A stretch of DNA of 64,000 nt from Planctomycetota bacterium (GCA_029250885.1 JAQXEK010000002.1:107518-171517), one strand, 5' to 3'; shown: positions 10,701 through 20,652, counted from the stretch's first letter. Notes: generated from the sequence alone by a model not told the origin. Numbers and translations are program-made.

Positions 10701-11084
10701 ATGAAGAACCTCAACCTTGGCTCATTCGGTGCCCTTGTTCTTGCTCCTGTTTTGTTCCTTGGGGCTACTCAGGAGCCTAATGCGGGCGTTGACAATGCCC
10801 TTAGGGCGGAAGTGGAACGCCAGGCGGCTGAGATTAAGGGCATGAAGGGCGAGCTGGCTGAACTTGCCAGCCTGATGGCGGAGAACAACAAGTACCAGGC
10901 TGCGCAATCCAAGGCAGCTAAGGGGCTGGTGAGTGTGCTCGCCAGTGCCGAGACTATGGGCTTCACCGCCGGGATCAACCCCAAGTCCCGAGAGACCCTA
11001 TTAATGGGCTTCCGCGACTATCTTGGTACCCAGCAGAAGGCTCTTCCCGGCGCTCCTCGGGCCGTGGAAGCTGAGGGCAAGTAG
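10701..11084 (+). CDS. Small secreted coiled-coil protein, hypothetical
   Basis: N-terminal signal peptide (GALVLAPVLFLGA) followed by a helical K/E/A-rich region; clean ORF in an intergenic gap. Confidence 0.4.
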   Translation: MKNLNLGSFGALVLAPVLFLGATQEPNAGVDNALRAEVERQAAEIKGMKGELAELASLMAENNKYQAAQSKAAKGLVSVLASAETMGFTAGINPKSRETLLMGFRDYLGTQQKALPGAPRAVEAEGK

Positions 11085-11090
11085 CCGCCG

Positions 11091-12296
11091 CTACTTCTTC
11101 CCTTTGGGTGCCAGCACCCACTCTTTCCAGGCCCTGTCGAACTGGCTGTAGTTCATGTCGAGCTCCGTCTTAAAGGCTTCGCGATGGACGTCGTCAAGGC
11201 CCGAGCTGTTCTGCTTACTGCCGTCGGCGCTCATGCGGCCGTGAAGGGTCTTGTTGATGTTCGCGAAGGCGGTCGCGTGCTCTTCGATCAGAAACTTGAC
11301 CATGGACCAGGTCACGTAGTGTTGGTCGAGAGTTAGGTCAGCGTAGTTCTTAATACTGGCGAGCTCGGCCATGCGCGGGGCCTTGTCGCCGCGCACCAAC
11401 AGCAGGACCTCCTTGTCCCAGTCCTCCTTCTTGCTCATGACTCCTTCCGATCCCTCGCCGCTGTCGAAGGAATTAAACTTCGGGTTAATCTCGCGCTCGA
11501 AGTAGTGGGCCAGCCCCTCGTGCAGCCAGATCTGGGTGTCGTAGGAGTAGTGCTTGAAGCCGTCTAGCAGGTTGTGCGCCAGGTTGAAAGCCACGTGTCC
11601 GTGGAGGGCGGGGTCCTTCTTCAGGTCAGCGTCGCGAAGCTGCATGGTCACGCTGATCGTGTCGACCTCGACCACGTTCCAGCGGTTGGTCTTCTTGGAC
11701 TGGACACCGAACTGCTCGGAGAGGTAGGCGACAAGGTCGCCTTCCGAAGGCATGATCAAGAGCTCGTATTTACCTTTCTGGCCCAAGTACGGCCCCTCGC
11801 CCCAGTAGGGCCCGGTGCCAAGCCACTGGGATTCGCCATCCGGGAACTCGTCGCCCGTAACCTGCATGATCTCCATAAAATCAGCGTAGATCTGCTCGCA
11901 GCGAACGGCAAACAAGTGCGCGCGTAGCCACGGATCGATCTGGGACTTCTTGGGCTTGACCTCGGGGAAGAACTCGGCCAAAGCGGCGAGCTCGGCCTGG
12001 ATCGTCTTGCGCTCTTTCGCGGTGACCTTGTACGACGGACCGGCGTAGCCAATTTCGAAGTGCTCTGTCTCGATCCAGCGGATATCCAGGTTGCCGTGGA
12101 ACTCGTCGATGCCGTCTGTGTCCGAACGTCCAAAGGCAAAGCCACCATGGGAGAGGATCCCGCCGGCGGTCATCACCTCGGGCAGGCCCTCGCAGACCGT
12201 GCAGTTGGTGGGCTCGTTCTTCTTGTCCTTGTCAGCCGGCGCCATGGACGCCAGGGCCGCCAAAAGGCCCAGGGAGAGAATCTTGTTAGGGGACAT
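11091..12296 (-). CDS. Secreted DUF1570-like protein (putative metallo-hydrolase-like; HEGLAHY motif)
   Basis: Signal peptide MSPNKILSLGLLAALASMA from the internal ATG at 12294-12296; conserved WLHEGLAHYFE block. First gene downstream in a three-gene minus-strand operon. Confidence 0.5.
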   Translation of the reverse strand: MSPNKILSLGLLAALASMAPADKDKKNEPTNCTVCEGLPEVMTAGGILSHGGFAFGRSDTDGIDEFHGNLDIRWIETEHFEIGYAGPSYKVTAKERKTIQAELAALAEFFPEVKPKKSQIDPWLRAHLFAVRCEQIYADFMEIMQVTGDEFPDGESQWLGTGPYWGEGPYLGQKGKYELLIMPSEGDLVAYLSEQFGVQSKKTNRWNVVEVDTISVTMQLRDADLKKDPALHGHVAFNLAHNLLDGFKHYSYDTQIWLHEGLAHYFEREINPKFNSFDSGEGSEGVMSKKEDWDKEVLLLVRGDKAPRMAELASIKNYADLTLDQHYVTWSMVKFLIEEHATAFANINKTLHGRMSADGSKQNSSGLDDVHREAFKTELDMNYSQFDRAWKEWVLAPKGKK

Positions 12297-12324
12297 TTTT
12301 ATCTTTGGAGCTCTACGCGGGCCT

Positions 12325-13236
12325 TTACCGGCTCTTCCACTGGTTGGCGAGCTCGACCGCCTCAAAGACGCTCAGCTTGTCAATGGGCAGGTCGCCGTCC
12401 ACGATGCCGCGCATGGCGTTGATCGCGGCCACCCGGATCGAGTTGTCCGAGTCCGAGAGGCTCTTCTTCGCCAGGGCCTTGCCGCGCTCGGAGCTGCCAC
12501 AGCCGGCCAGCAGGCGCAGGGCCGCGACCTTCTGCTTGCGCTTGCCGTCTGCGATCTGCTTGGCCAGGACCTCGGTGGCCTCGTCGCCGCGGACGGCCTC
12601 GACGGCGATTCGGATCTCGGCACCGCTACCGGCCCAGAGTTTTTCCGCGCGCTTGGATAGGATGTCGAGCGCGGCCAAGTCGCCCGAGGACACCACAGCC
12701 AGGGCGGCGTAGTAGGCCTCGTGCTTGACCTCGTTCTTCGTGTCGATGCGCTTCTCCGCGGCGGCCAGGGCGGCGACTGCGGCCTGGCGGATGCCTTCGT
12801 CGGGGAAAGCGGCCGCTCGGCGCAGGGTGAACAGGCGCACGTGCTCCGAGCGGTCCCCGAAGCGCTCGGCCAAGAGTCGCGTGTGCTCCCAGCCGGTGAT
12901 GGAATCCAGCACTTCGACGATGCGCTTCCGGGCGTCTTCGTCGCGCTCCTTACCGAGGGCCTTGATCAGGTCCGGCGCTGCCACGGCGCCCAGCTTGATC
13001 AGGGCATCGCGTCCGCCGATGGCCATGCCTTCGGTGCCGGCCTTACGCAGGCGCAAGATCTCGGTCTTAAGGTCCTTCTTTTGGTCCTTTCTGACCTCGG
13101 GCCAAATCTCGGCGCGCTTGGGCTGCTTCTCGTCCGCAGCCTCTTCGGTGCCGTCTTGCATCGGAACAAGGAGCTGGACCGGGGCTTCAAAATGGGCTGG
13201 CGACGCGAGAACGGTAAGGAAGAGGGCAGTGATCAT
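12325..13236 (-). CDS. Secreted HEAT-repeat (PBS-lyase-like) protein
   Basis: Repeated ~30-aa A/L/R-rich helical units (…RVAAINAMRGI…, …RIAVEAVRG…, …RQAAVAALA…); signal peptide from the internal start MITALFLTVLA. Confidence 0.55.
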   Translation of the reverse strand: MITALFLTVLASPAHFEAPVQLLVPMQDGTEEAADEKQPKRAEIWPEVRKDQKKDLKTEILRLRKAGTEGMAIGGRDALIKLGAVAAPDLIKALGKERDEDARKRIVEVLDSITGWEHTRLLAERFGDRSEHVRLFTLRRAAAFPDEGIRQAAVAALAAAEKRIDTKNEVKHEAYYAALAVVSSGDLAALDILSKRAEKLWAGSGAEIRIAVEAVRGDEATEVLAKQIADGKRKQKVAALRLLAGCGSSERGKALAKKSLSDSDNSIRVAAINAMRGIVDGDLPIDKLSVFEAVELANQWKSR

Positions 13237-13241
13237 GGTGC

Positions 13242-14006
13242 TTATTTGGGGCCGGCGTACCAACCGCTGGGAAGGGACTTGCCCCATGCAGCCGGCACGA
13301 CGGATTCCCAAGCAGGGTCAAGGATGGTGAGCTCGGATTGAGCGCTCGTCAAGGTCCGGGGGTCGAAGGTCATGGGGACATAGCCGAACTCGAACAGGGA
13401 CACGGTGAAGAGGTCGGCGGCGGGCACAAGGCCTGGGCTGAGGGAGTCAAGCCGCACCAGTGCCCAGCGGCCGGAGAGCTCGACGGGGCCGTGGATCGCG
13501 CCCGGCTCAAGGGTCCGCACCTCGCCCCAGACTTCTAGGCTAAGCTCGCTCCAGCTGCCGGTGAGGACCTTAGGGGGCGGCGCGCCGGGTTTGGCGAGGT
13601 CGTCCAGGGCAACTTGGGCCGCGAGCCGCGCCTGGTCCCGCTGTTCGGGGAACAGGCTCGCCAGGGTGGCTCGGTTCAGGTGGACGTTGGTGAGTGCCTT
13701 GCGCCTGAGGCTGGGCAGGGTGTTTCCGGGGTACAGCAGCTTCACCGATGCGGCGGTCTGGTCGACATCGCTCTGGAAAATGGGCATCCCGCCGACGGCC
13801 AAGACCGCACCCTCGGGCCAGGTCCTTTCGTCGGTCTTTGGTGCCTGGACACTTGTTTCGGGCCGGGCGAGCTCTTCCTTGCAGCCCATTAGGCATAAGG
13901 AAGCAGTAATCAGCGCTACGCAAGCTGCCTTGCGATCCGTAGATCCGAGTCGCGTCGCTTGGGTAGCCCCCTTAAAAGGGCTTGGGTTTTGTCTTCTGCC
14001 AGCCAT
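13242..14006 (-). CDS. Lipoprotein, hypothetical
   Basis: Lipobox LCLMGC after a basic N-terminus; separated by 6 bp from the HEAT-repeat gene on the same strand. Confidence 0.5.
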   Translation of the reverse strand: MAGRRQNPSPFKGATQATRLGSTDRKAACVALITASLCLMGCKEELARPETSVQAPKTDERTWPEGAVLAVGGMPIFQSDVDQTAASVKLLYPGNTLPSLRRKALTNVHLNRATLASLFPEQRDQARLAAQVALDDLAKPGAPPPKVLTGSWSELSLEVWGEVRTLEPGAIHGPVELSGRWALVRLDSLSPGLVPAADLFTVSLFEFGYVPMTFDPRTLTSAQSELTILDPAWESVVPAAWGKSLPSGWYAGPK

Positions 14007-14115
14007 GTTGCTCTCTCCATGCTAGCATTCCGCTCCAAAGCTCGCGATCAGCATCCCGTTTGAGATGTTCGATGGCACCTCTGTACATTCCAAAATCGTC
14101 ATTCGCCTCTACCAG

Positions 14116-15837
14116 ATGAAGTTCTCTTTCTACCACATTGCCCTAGCTTCGGTCCTGATGTCCAGCGCCGGTATCGCTCAGGAATCCCGGCCCGCAGGTG
14201 TCCAGGAAGCCGCCCCGACGACCGCCACTCCCGCCGTAGTCCAGGCCCCCGCGGTCCCCGTCGCCAAGGCACCGGCCGCCGATCGCAGCGGCGCCCGCCT
14301 CTGGACCGAGGCCGAGCAGCTTAAGCGTGTCGAGGCTGCTATCGACCAGCCGCTCTCCGTCAATGGCGTTGACATCACCCCGGCCCAGGTGCGCACCCAG
14401 CTGGTGCAGACTGAGGGCCGTATGATCGTGGACAGCCGCATGCTGGACCTCTTGATCGCTGCCGAGGTCAAGATGCGCATCGAGCAGGGCGAGCTTGCCG
14501 AGGACTTCGAACTCTCCCCCGAGGAGATCAAGGCCAGCATCGACCTGGCCGTTAGCCAGATCAAGGCCCAGTACCCAGACGAGTCCATCGAGGACGTGCT
14601 TGCGGCGAACGACCTGGACTTGGAGAGCCTGGCGAGCCGCATGACCCAGACCAAGCGCTTTGACCTAGTCTTCCTGCCGGAAAACCCCGCTGAGTGGCCC
14701 CCCTCTTCGGCCGCGGCCCTTCAAAAGGCGCTCGGTGCAGAGGCGATCGAGAAGATGACCGAGCAGTACCTCGCCCGCGTCGATGCCGAGGGTAACGTAG
14801 CCCCCGCCGCTGCGGACCAGGGTATGTTCCGCGGCATCATGCGCAACGTCGTGATCCAGGGTCTGATGGAGACAGCTACGATCGAGACCGCATCTGACGG
14901 CCTGCCCGCCGGTGTCGTCCAGCGCGTCAACGGGCAGGAGACCCTGACGAAGGATGTCTACGCAGAGGTCGCCAAGACCCTCCACCCCGAGGACGTCTTC
15001 CGCACGCGCCTCTACCTAGCTCGCCTCGAGGCGACACGCCAGTCCCTCCAGGCCAAGGGCGCATGGCTCACAGACGAGGAGTTCGATCCCCTCTACGCCG
15101 CCGAGGAAGCGGTGGGCGCGGACTCACCTTTCAATATTAAGATGGTGACCCTGTCCCTGAAGCGATACCCGACCATGGACGTCTACGAGACGATCTTCCG
15201 CGGCGTGAAGAGCTACGAGAAGATGCTCGGTGACAGCCTTACGGACGAGACCCTGGCGGATTGGCTGCCCCGCGCAGGTCGCATGTTGGGTCTGGGTGAT
15301 GTGGACTGCCAGATCCTGCTGGTCTCGGCTTTCGATTACCCGCGCAACGACTGGAAGGACAACGGTTGGGAATTCGCCGAGGCCAAGGCTATGGAGATTG
15401 CTGAGCAGCTCAATGAGAGCGGCGGCGAGAAGTGGGACGAGCTCTTGGAAGCGAACTCTGAGTTCTTCGATCCCCCGACCCAGCAGGGAGCTATGGCACC
15501 TGCACAGACGGATATGAAGAACAAGGGCCGCTTCGGTCCGATCCATCGCAACCGCCTGATGCAGCAGTTGAACGAGTCCGAGTACACGGGCTTCATCGAC
15601 GGATACCTGATCACGGACATGGTCTACTACGACCAAGAGATCGGCACCATCGATGGCCCGTTCCTCGGCAAGTTCGGTTACTACTTCACTCGCGTCGACG
15701 GTCGTCCGAACCCAAAGAAGCAGGTCCAGCTTACGGACCCGACCATGCGCAGTATGGTGCTCCAGGATTACCTGATGACCAACTTCATCGGCTTCGCCAA
15801 TGATGCCCTGACCAACGCAGAAGTCGTCGGCCTGTAG
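14116..15837 (+). CDS. Large secreted protein, hypothetical (possible SurA-N-like chaperone region)
   Basis: Signal peptide MKFSFYHIALASVLMSSAGIAQE from the ATG at 14116; acidic, low-complexity N-terminal region; 573 aa. Confidence 0.45.
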   Translation: MKFSFYHIALASVLMSSAGIAQESRPAGVQEAAPTTATPAVVQAPAVPVAKAPAADRSGARLWTEAEQLKRVEAAIDQPLSVNGVDITPAQVRTQLVQTEGRMIVDSRMLDLLIAAEVKMRIEQGELAEDFELSPEEIKASIDLAVSQIKAQYPDESIEDVLAANDLDLESLASRMTQTKRFDLVFLPENPAEWPPSSAAALQKALGAEAIEKMTEQYLARVDAEGNVAPAAADQGMFRGIMRNVVIQGLMETATIETASDGLPAGVVQRVNGQETLTKDVYAEVAKTLHPEDVFRTRLYLARLEATRQSLQAKGAWLTDEEFDPLYAAEEAVGADSPFNIKMVTLSLKRYPTMDVYETIFRGVKSYEKMLGDSLTDETLADWLPRAGRMLGLGDVDCQILLVSAFDYPRNDWKDNGWEFAEAKAMEIAEQLNESGGEKWDELLEANSEFFDPPTQQGAMAPAQTDMKNKGRFGPIHRNRLMQQLNESEYTGFIDGYLITDMVYYDQEIGTIDGPFLGKFGYYFTRVDGRPNPKKQVQLTDPTMRSMVLQDYLMTNFIGFANDALTNAEVVGL

Positions 15838-15880
15838 AGCTGCCCAAATCCCTTCGCTGGCCTAGTCAGCGCAAGAAAAA

Positions 15881-15915
15881 GAGGGGCCCTGACTCGATCC
15901 GAGTCAGGGCCCCTC
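15881..15915. terminator. Bidirectional intrinsic terminator between convergent genes
   Basis: Perfect 16-bp inverted repeat GAGGGGCCCTGACTCG-atc-CGAGTCAGGGCCCCTC, flanked by AAAAA upstream and TTCGTG downstream. Confidence 0.6.
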
Positions 15916-15934
15916 TTCGTGTCCAAGTGCATAT

Positions 15935-17410
15935 CTAATCTGCCGGAACCCGGCCGGGCTCGCGCTGCTCAGTGCCCACGATCTCAGTCAGCTCGTCACC
16001 AAGCTGATGGCGCATGTCGTCGCCCAGGGCGCTGAGTGCGGCGACCACCTCGGGGAAATCGGCGGCAAGGTTGTTTGACTCGCCGATATCTTGCTCTAGG
16101 TTGAACAGAGCGAGCTCGGTCTTGGCGTTCCAGTTGTATTGGCCCGGTGTCCCTCCCGAGCCGGGCACCTGATCAACCATGGAGCGATAGCCGTGGGGGA
16201 AGTGCAGCTTCCATTTGCCCTGCCGCACGGCCTCGAGGTTGTTCTTGTGGTAGTAGAAGTAGTAGGTCTCCTGGGGCGACTGATCGGATCCTCTCATCGT
16301 CGCCATGGCATCGCGGCCGTCGAGTTTGAGCTTGGGTAGCTCCGCGCCGATCAGCTTTGCGATGGTCGGGAAAACGTCGATAGTCATCCACGGAGTCGCG
16401 CTGACCAGCCCCGCCGGGACGCGTCCTGGGAAGCGCACGACACAGGGCACGCGCACGCCACCCTCGAAGGTTGTGCCCTTGCCTTCGCGCAGGGGGCCGA
16501 CGCTGCCAGCGTGGTCGCCGTAGTTTAGCCAGGGTCCGTTATCCGATGCGTAGATGACCAGGGTATTGTCCGCGATGCCCGCCTCGTCTAGGGCTGCAAG
16601 AACCTTTCCGACGGAGTCGTCGACCTCTTCGATGACGTCACCATAGGCGCCCTGCTCACTGCGACCCACGGAGGACTCCGCCGTGAATAGGGGCACGTGG
16701 GGCATTGGATTTGCGAGATAGAGGAAGAAGGGCTGGTCCTGGTTTGCGCGTACGAACGCTGCGGCACGGTCACCGAAGTCCGTGGTAAAGCGCATCTGGT
16801 CCTCGCCGGTCACTTCGGGATCGGCGATCTCTGCACCCTCAAAGGTGAACAGGTCCGGGTAGCCGCGCTTGCGCTTCTCCACAGGATCGGAGAAGTGCGC
16901 ATAGGCCGGATGCCAGGGCCACATGTCATTGGAGTAGGGGATGCCATAGGACTCGTCGAAGCCGTGGTTCGCCGGCAGGAATTGCTCCTGGTAACCCAGA
17001 TGCCACTTGCCAAACATGCCCGTCGCGTAACCGCGCTGCCTACACAGCTCGGCCAGGGTGGTCTCGTCCTCGTGGATGCCGTGGTCATGGCTAGGACCGA
17101 TGGCACCGTGCATGCCTAGTCGGTTCGGGTAGCAACCCGTCAATAGCGCAATGCGCGAAGCCGAGCACACGGGCTGGGCCACGTAGAAGTCCGTGAAGCG
17201 CGCGCCCTCGGCCGCCAACCGGTCGATGTGCGGCGTCTCGAAACCCTCGGCGCCCTGAACACCAATGTCCGCCCAGCCCTGGTCGTCGGTGAAGATCACG
17301 ACGATGTTCGGGGGACCTATCGGCCGCGCTGAATTCGTCTGGTTGGAGAGGCTGCCACAAGCACTGGCGGCTAGGGCAGTGGCGATTAGAAAGAGGCGGA
17401 GGATGGACAT
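15935..17410 (-). CDS. Sulfatase (arylsulfatase family)
   Basis: IVVIFTDDQGWAD, formylglycine motif CSASRIALLTG, and a lipoprotein signal peptide. Confidence 0.85.
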   Translation of the reverse strand: MSILRLFLIATALAASACGSLSNQTNSARPIGPPNIVVIFTDDQGWADIGVQGAEGFETPHIDRLAAEGARFTDFYVAQPVCSASRIALLTGCYPNRLGMHGAIGPSHDHGIHEDETTLAELCRQRGYATGMFGKWHLGYQEQFLPANHGFDESYGIPYSNDMWPWHPAYAHFSDPVEKRKRGYPDLFTFEGAEIADPEVTGEDQMRFTTDFGDRAAAFVRANQDQPFFLYLANPMPHVPLFTAESSVGRSEQGAYGDVIEEVDDSVGKVLAALDEAGIADNTLVIYASDNGPWLNYGDHAGSVGPLREGKGTTFEGGVRVPCVVRFPGRVPAGLVSATPWMTIDVFPTIAKLIGAELPKLKLDGRDAMATMRGSDQSPQETYYFYYHKNNLEAVRQGKWKLHFPHGYRSMVDQVPGSGGTPGQYNWNAKTELALFNLEQDIGESNNLAADFPEVVAALSALGDDMRHQLGDELTEIVGTEQREPGRVPAD

Positions 17411-17499
17411 GGGTATTGTAGAAAAGTGGGGGGATCACTCAGGGCGATACGACCGGCTGGTCCCTACGGTCTGAAGGCGTAACAGCGGAGGCGACTAAG

Positions 17500-18099
17500 C
17501 TACTCGCCGTAACGCAGCTGCAGGGTCGTGACGGGGGCCGGGATCTTGTGCTCGGGCGAAGGTAGGGTGAGCACGTAGAGTCGGTTGTACTCCTCTTCGG
17601 GGATCACCTGCATGCCGCGCATCGAGGTGAGGTCGCCGGCCTGGCCGCCGAGTGCCTTGACCAGGTCGGGTGTCGTGTTCGAGTGGCCCGCAACGACGGC
17701 GACAGATCCAGGGGCTAGGCGCGCCATGCTAGCGGCGAAGCCGGTGATGTCCTGAGGGTTGTAGGCGACGACCTCGACTCCCGTGGCGGCGACGAGGGGC
17801 GCGATGGTGTCCTGGGTCCGGCGGTAGTTCGTGGCGAAGATGTGCGTGACGCCGGCGTGGGCGAGCATGGCTCTTAGCTCTTGAGCGCGGGCGGTGCCAG
17901 CTTCGGCGAGACCTGGATCCCGGGGATCGTCCTTGCCCTTCTCGGCGTGGCGTAGGGCAATGACCGTGATCGGCCGTAGGTCGGCTTCGCTTTCGGTGGC
18001 TACGGCGCGGTCGAGGGGAGCAGCGTCCGGGCCGTCTTGGAAGGCAAGCGTGGCGAGGATGGTGAGCGCGAGGGAAGACAGGGTCATTCGAATGTTCAT
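17500..18099 (-). CDS. Secreted histidine-phosphatase-family protein (phosphoglycerate-mutase-like)
   Basis: RHAEK (RHG motif) and a later HSN motif; signal peptide. Confidence 0.6.
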   Translation of the reverse strand: MNIRMTLSSLALTILATLAFQDGPDAAPLDRAVATESEADLRPITVIALRHAEKGKDDPRDPGLAEAGTARAQELRAMLAHAGVTHIFATNYRRTQDTIAPLVAATGVEVVAYNPQDITGFAASMARLAPGSVAVVAGHSNTTPDLVKALGGQAGDLTSMRGMQVIPEEEYNRLYVLTLPSPEHKIPAPVTTLQLRYGE

Positions 18100-18137
18100 G
18101 GGACCACCTTAGCGCCTGGACTCGCTAAAGTGGAGCC

Positions 18138-18614
18138 ATGAACATTCGCGTAGGTTTGGGTTTTGATCTGCACAGGCTTGAAGAGGGCCGTGCGTGTATT
18201 TTAGGTGGCGTCACCTTCGACCATCCAAAGGGGCCGATGGGGCACTCGGACGGGGACGTGGTGCTGCACGCGATCTCGGACGCGCTGCTTGGGGCCGCGG
18301 GTCTGGACGATCTAGGCACGCTGTTTCCGGATACGGATGCCGAGTGGAAGGGCGCCGATAGCGCAGCTTTGCTTGCCGAAGTCGTGCGCCGCTTGGGCGA
18401 CAAGGGCTGGAGCCCCGTGAACCTAGACGTGGTGATCGCCACCGAGGGCCCGCGTATCGCGCCTCGCCGCGCCGAGCTGCGCGCGCGCATCGGCGGACTG
18501 GTCGGCCTGGACCCCGCCGACGTGAACATCAAGGGCAAGACCCTGGAAGGCATGGGCGCCTTGGCCGGGGGCACGGGGGTCGCGGTACAAGCGGTCTGTT
18601 TGATCTCGAAGTAG
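18138..18614 (+). CDS. ispF: 2-C-methyl-D-erythritol 2,4-cyclodiphosphate synthase
   Basis: GFDLHRL, HSDGDVVLHA, and full-length similarity to IspF. Confidence 0.9.
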   Translation: MNIRVGLGFDLHRLEEGRACILGGVTFDHPKGPMGHSDGDVVLHAISDALLGAAGLDDLGTLFPDTDAEWKGADSAALLAEVVRRLGDKGWSPVNLDVVIATEGPRIAPRRAELRARIGGLVGLDPADVNIKGKTLEGMGALAGGTGVAVQAVCLISK

Positions 18615-18641
18615 CAGTGATACGCAGCCAGACAAAATGCA

Positions 18642-19406
18642 TCACTCCCGGCGCGCCCGCAAGATCGCGCTCGCAATAGCCAGGTCCGCAGGCGTCGTGA
18701 TCTTCAGGTTCGATGCATCGCTAGGCACCAGGGAAATAGCCTTCTCATAGCGCTCCCACAGAGCGGCGTCGTCCGTGGGGCAGAATCTTTCTTCGGCAGC
18801 TAGCTTGACGAGCTCGCGCAGGCGCTTGGCGTCGAAGACCTGGGGTGTCTGGGCGGCCCAGAGCCTCGACCGATCGAGGGTGCGCGCGGCAGTGCGGCCG
18901 TTGTCGCTCTCCTTGATCGTGTCGTGGACGGGAGCCGCGACTAGGGCCGCGCCCTTGGTCCGGGCCGTGTGCAGGGCAGCGAGAACGACGGCGGGATCCG
19001 TTAGGGGGCGCGCGCCATCGTGTACGGCGATCACGTCCAGGTCGAAGCTGCACCAAAAGACGCCCGCGCGCACGGAGTCCGCGCGCTGGGCGCCACCGGG
19101 AATGATCACGCGCACCTTGTCTAGGGCAGGCTTGTCTACGGTCCACTGCTCAAAGGTCGGAATGTCGTCCTCGAAGGCGACCAGGATGATCTCGCTGACC
19201 TCGTCGATGCTGTTGAACAGGGCGCAGGTACGCTCAAGGATTGGCAGGCCCTCGAGCAAGAGCTGCGGCTTGCGCTCGCCCTCTGCAAGCCCCATGCGCG
19301 TGGAATTGCCAGCGGCGACGATCACAACGGCGGCGGAGACCTTGGGGCCCAGGGGCTGCAGGATGTGGGTGTCCTCGTGGCCGGATGTGGGGGAGTCGCT
19401 CATCAA
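18642..19406 (-). CDS. ispD: 2-C-methyl-D-erythritol 4-phosphate cytidylyltransferase
   Basis: VVIVAAGNSTRMG (AAGxGxRMG) and the IspD-like remainder. Confidence 0.85.
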   Translation of the reverse strand: MMSDSPTSGHEDTHILQPLGPKVSAAVVIVAAGNSTRMGLAEGERKPQLLLEGLPILERTCALFNSIDEVSEIILVAFEDDIPTFEQWTVDKPALDKVRVIIPGGAQRADSVRAGVFWCSFDLDVIAVHDGARPLTDPAVVLAALHTARTKGAALVAAPVHDTIKESDNGRTAARTLDRSRLWAAQTPQVFDAKRLRELVKLAAEERFCPTDDAALWERYEKAISLVPSDASNLKITTPADLAIASAILRARRE

Positions 19407-19504
19407 ATGCGGTGATGCAGAAGCTGGGTAGTACGAGGGAGTTTTCTCTCGGGATGAGTCCCGTGGACCCTGACATTTGATGCCGGGCCGTGTAGGTTGC
19501 TGTT

Positions 19505-20092
19505 ATGGACACGCCATCGCAACCGAAACCCGGGATCGATCCAGCCCAAGACGCGGCCAAGGCGACGGCTCCGCGGTGCTTGGTGCCCGATGGGTTGCAG
19601 GTGGAGATCGTCTTAGGCATCGACCCGGGCACGGTCGTACTTGGCTACGGTGCCTTGGTTCTCGCGCCGGACGGTCCGCGCTTTCTCACGGCGGGAGTGC
19701 TGAAGGCCAACGCGCGTTGGACGATTGAGCGCCGCTTGGGGCACATGCTGGCCGGCTTGCAGGACCTCTACCACCTGACGCGCCCCAGCTTTGTCGCCAT
19801 CGAGCAGGCCTTCACGCACCAGAACCCGCGCACGGCAATTCGCCTAGGCGAGGCGCGTGGCTTGGCGATCGCCTCGAGCTACAACTACGGGGCCGAGGTG
19901 CACGAGGTGTCGCCGTCCGAGGCGAAGAAGTGCGTGACGGGGAATGGACTCGCGGCCAAGGAGCAGGTGGCCGCGGTGCTGCCGAAGCTCCTAAAGATGG
20001 ACGGTTTGGAACTTGAGATCGATGCGACCGACGCCCTGGCCTTGGCCTTTGCTTATGTGCGCCGGCGCGAGCTGGCGCGGCTGACGCGCTAG
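19505..20092 (+). CDS. ruvC: Crossover junction endodeoxyribonuclease RuvC
   Basis: ILGIDPGT…, conserved catalytic Asp/Glu pattern, 170-aa core. The tracked ORF carries a ~30-aa N-terminal extension, so the true start may be internal. Confidence 0.8.
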   Translation: MDTPSQPKPGIDPAQDAAKATAPRCLVPDGLQVEIVLGIDPGTVVLGYGALVLAPDGPRFLTAGVLKANARWTIERRLGHMLAGLQDLYHLTRPSFVAIEQAFTHQNPRTAIRLGEARGLAIASSYNYGAEVHEVSPSEAKKCVTGNGLAAKEQVAAVLPKLLKMDGLELEIDATDALALAFAYVRRRELARLTR

Positions 20093-20652
20093 TCCGCCGT
20101 CTCTTCGCCCTCGCTTGCAATCTCGTAGCGCTGCAGCACGCCTGCTTGGCTCATGCCGAAGATCAGGGACAGGGGCAGGATGCCGAAGGTCTTGAACGCG
20201 ACCCACTGGTCCCAGGTGAGATTGTGTCGAACAAGCTCGTTGATTACCGCCAGGGCAAGGAAGAAGCCCGCCCAGCGCTTGGTCATGATGTGCCAGCCCT
20301 CATCCTCGAGCTTCATCACCTCGCCGAGCAGCGACTTGATCAAGAGCTTGCCCCTCAGGAGCCCGCCAATGAGAATCACGAAGAAGAAGATGCTTACGGC
20401 CGTGGGTTTGATCTGGATGAACTTGCCGTCTCCGAAGTAGACGGTCAGGCCGCCGAAGAACAGCACAAAAGCCGCGGTGATCAGGGGCACCACAGGCAGC
20501 TTGCCCTCGGTCTTCCAGCTGATCGGCAGAGCGATTACCAGGGCGACCATAAAGAGGCTCGTCGCCTTGACGACGCCCTCGACTTCGTTTCCAAAGACCT
20601 TAGTGGCGATGAAGAAGAGCACCAAGGGCCCCAACTCGAGCAGCAGCTTCAT
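20089..20652 (-). CDS. yciB: Intracellular septation protein A (YciB family inner-membrane protein)
   Basis: Five TM segments and a YciB-like N-terminus MKLLLELGPLVLFFIATK. Confidence 0.7.
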   Translation of the reverse strand: MKLLLELGPLVLFFIATKVFGNEVEGVVKATSLFMVALVIALPISWKTEGKLPVVPLITAAFVLFFGGLTVYFGDGKFIQIKPTAVSIFFFVILIGGLLRGKLLIKSLLGEVMKLEDEGWHIMTKRWAGFFLALAVINELVRHNLTWDQWVAFKTFGILPLSLIFGMSQAGVLQRYEIASEGEETAD

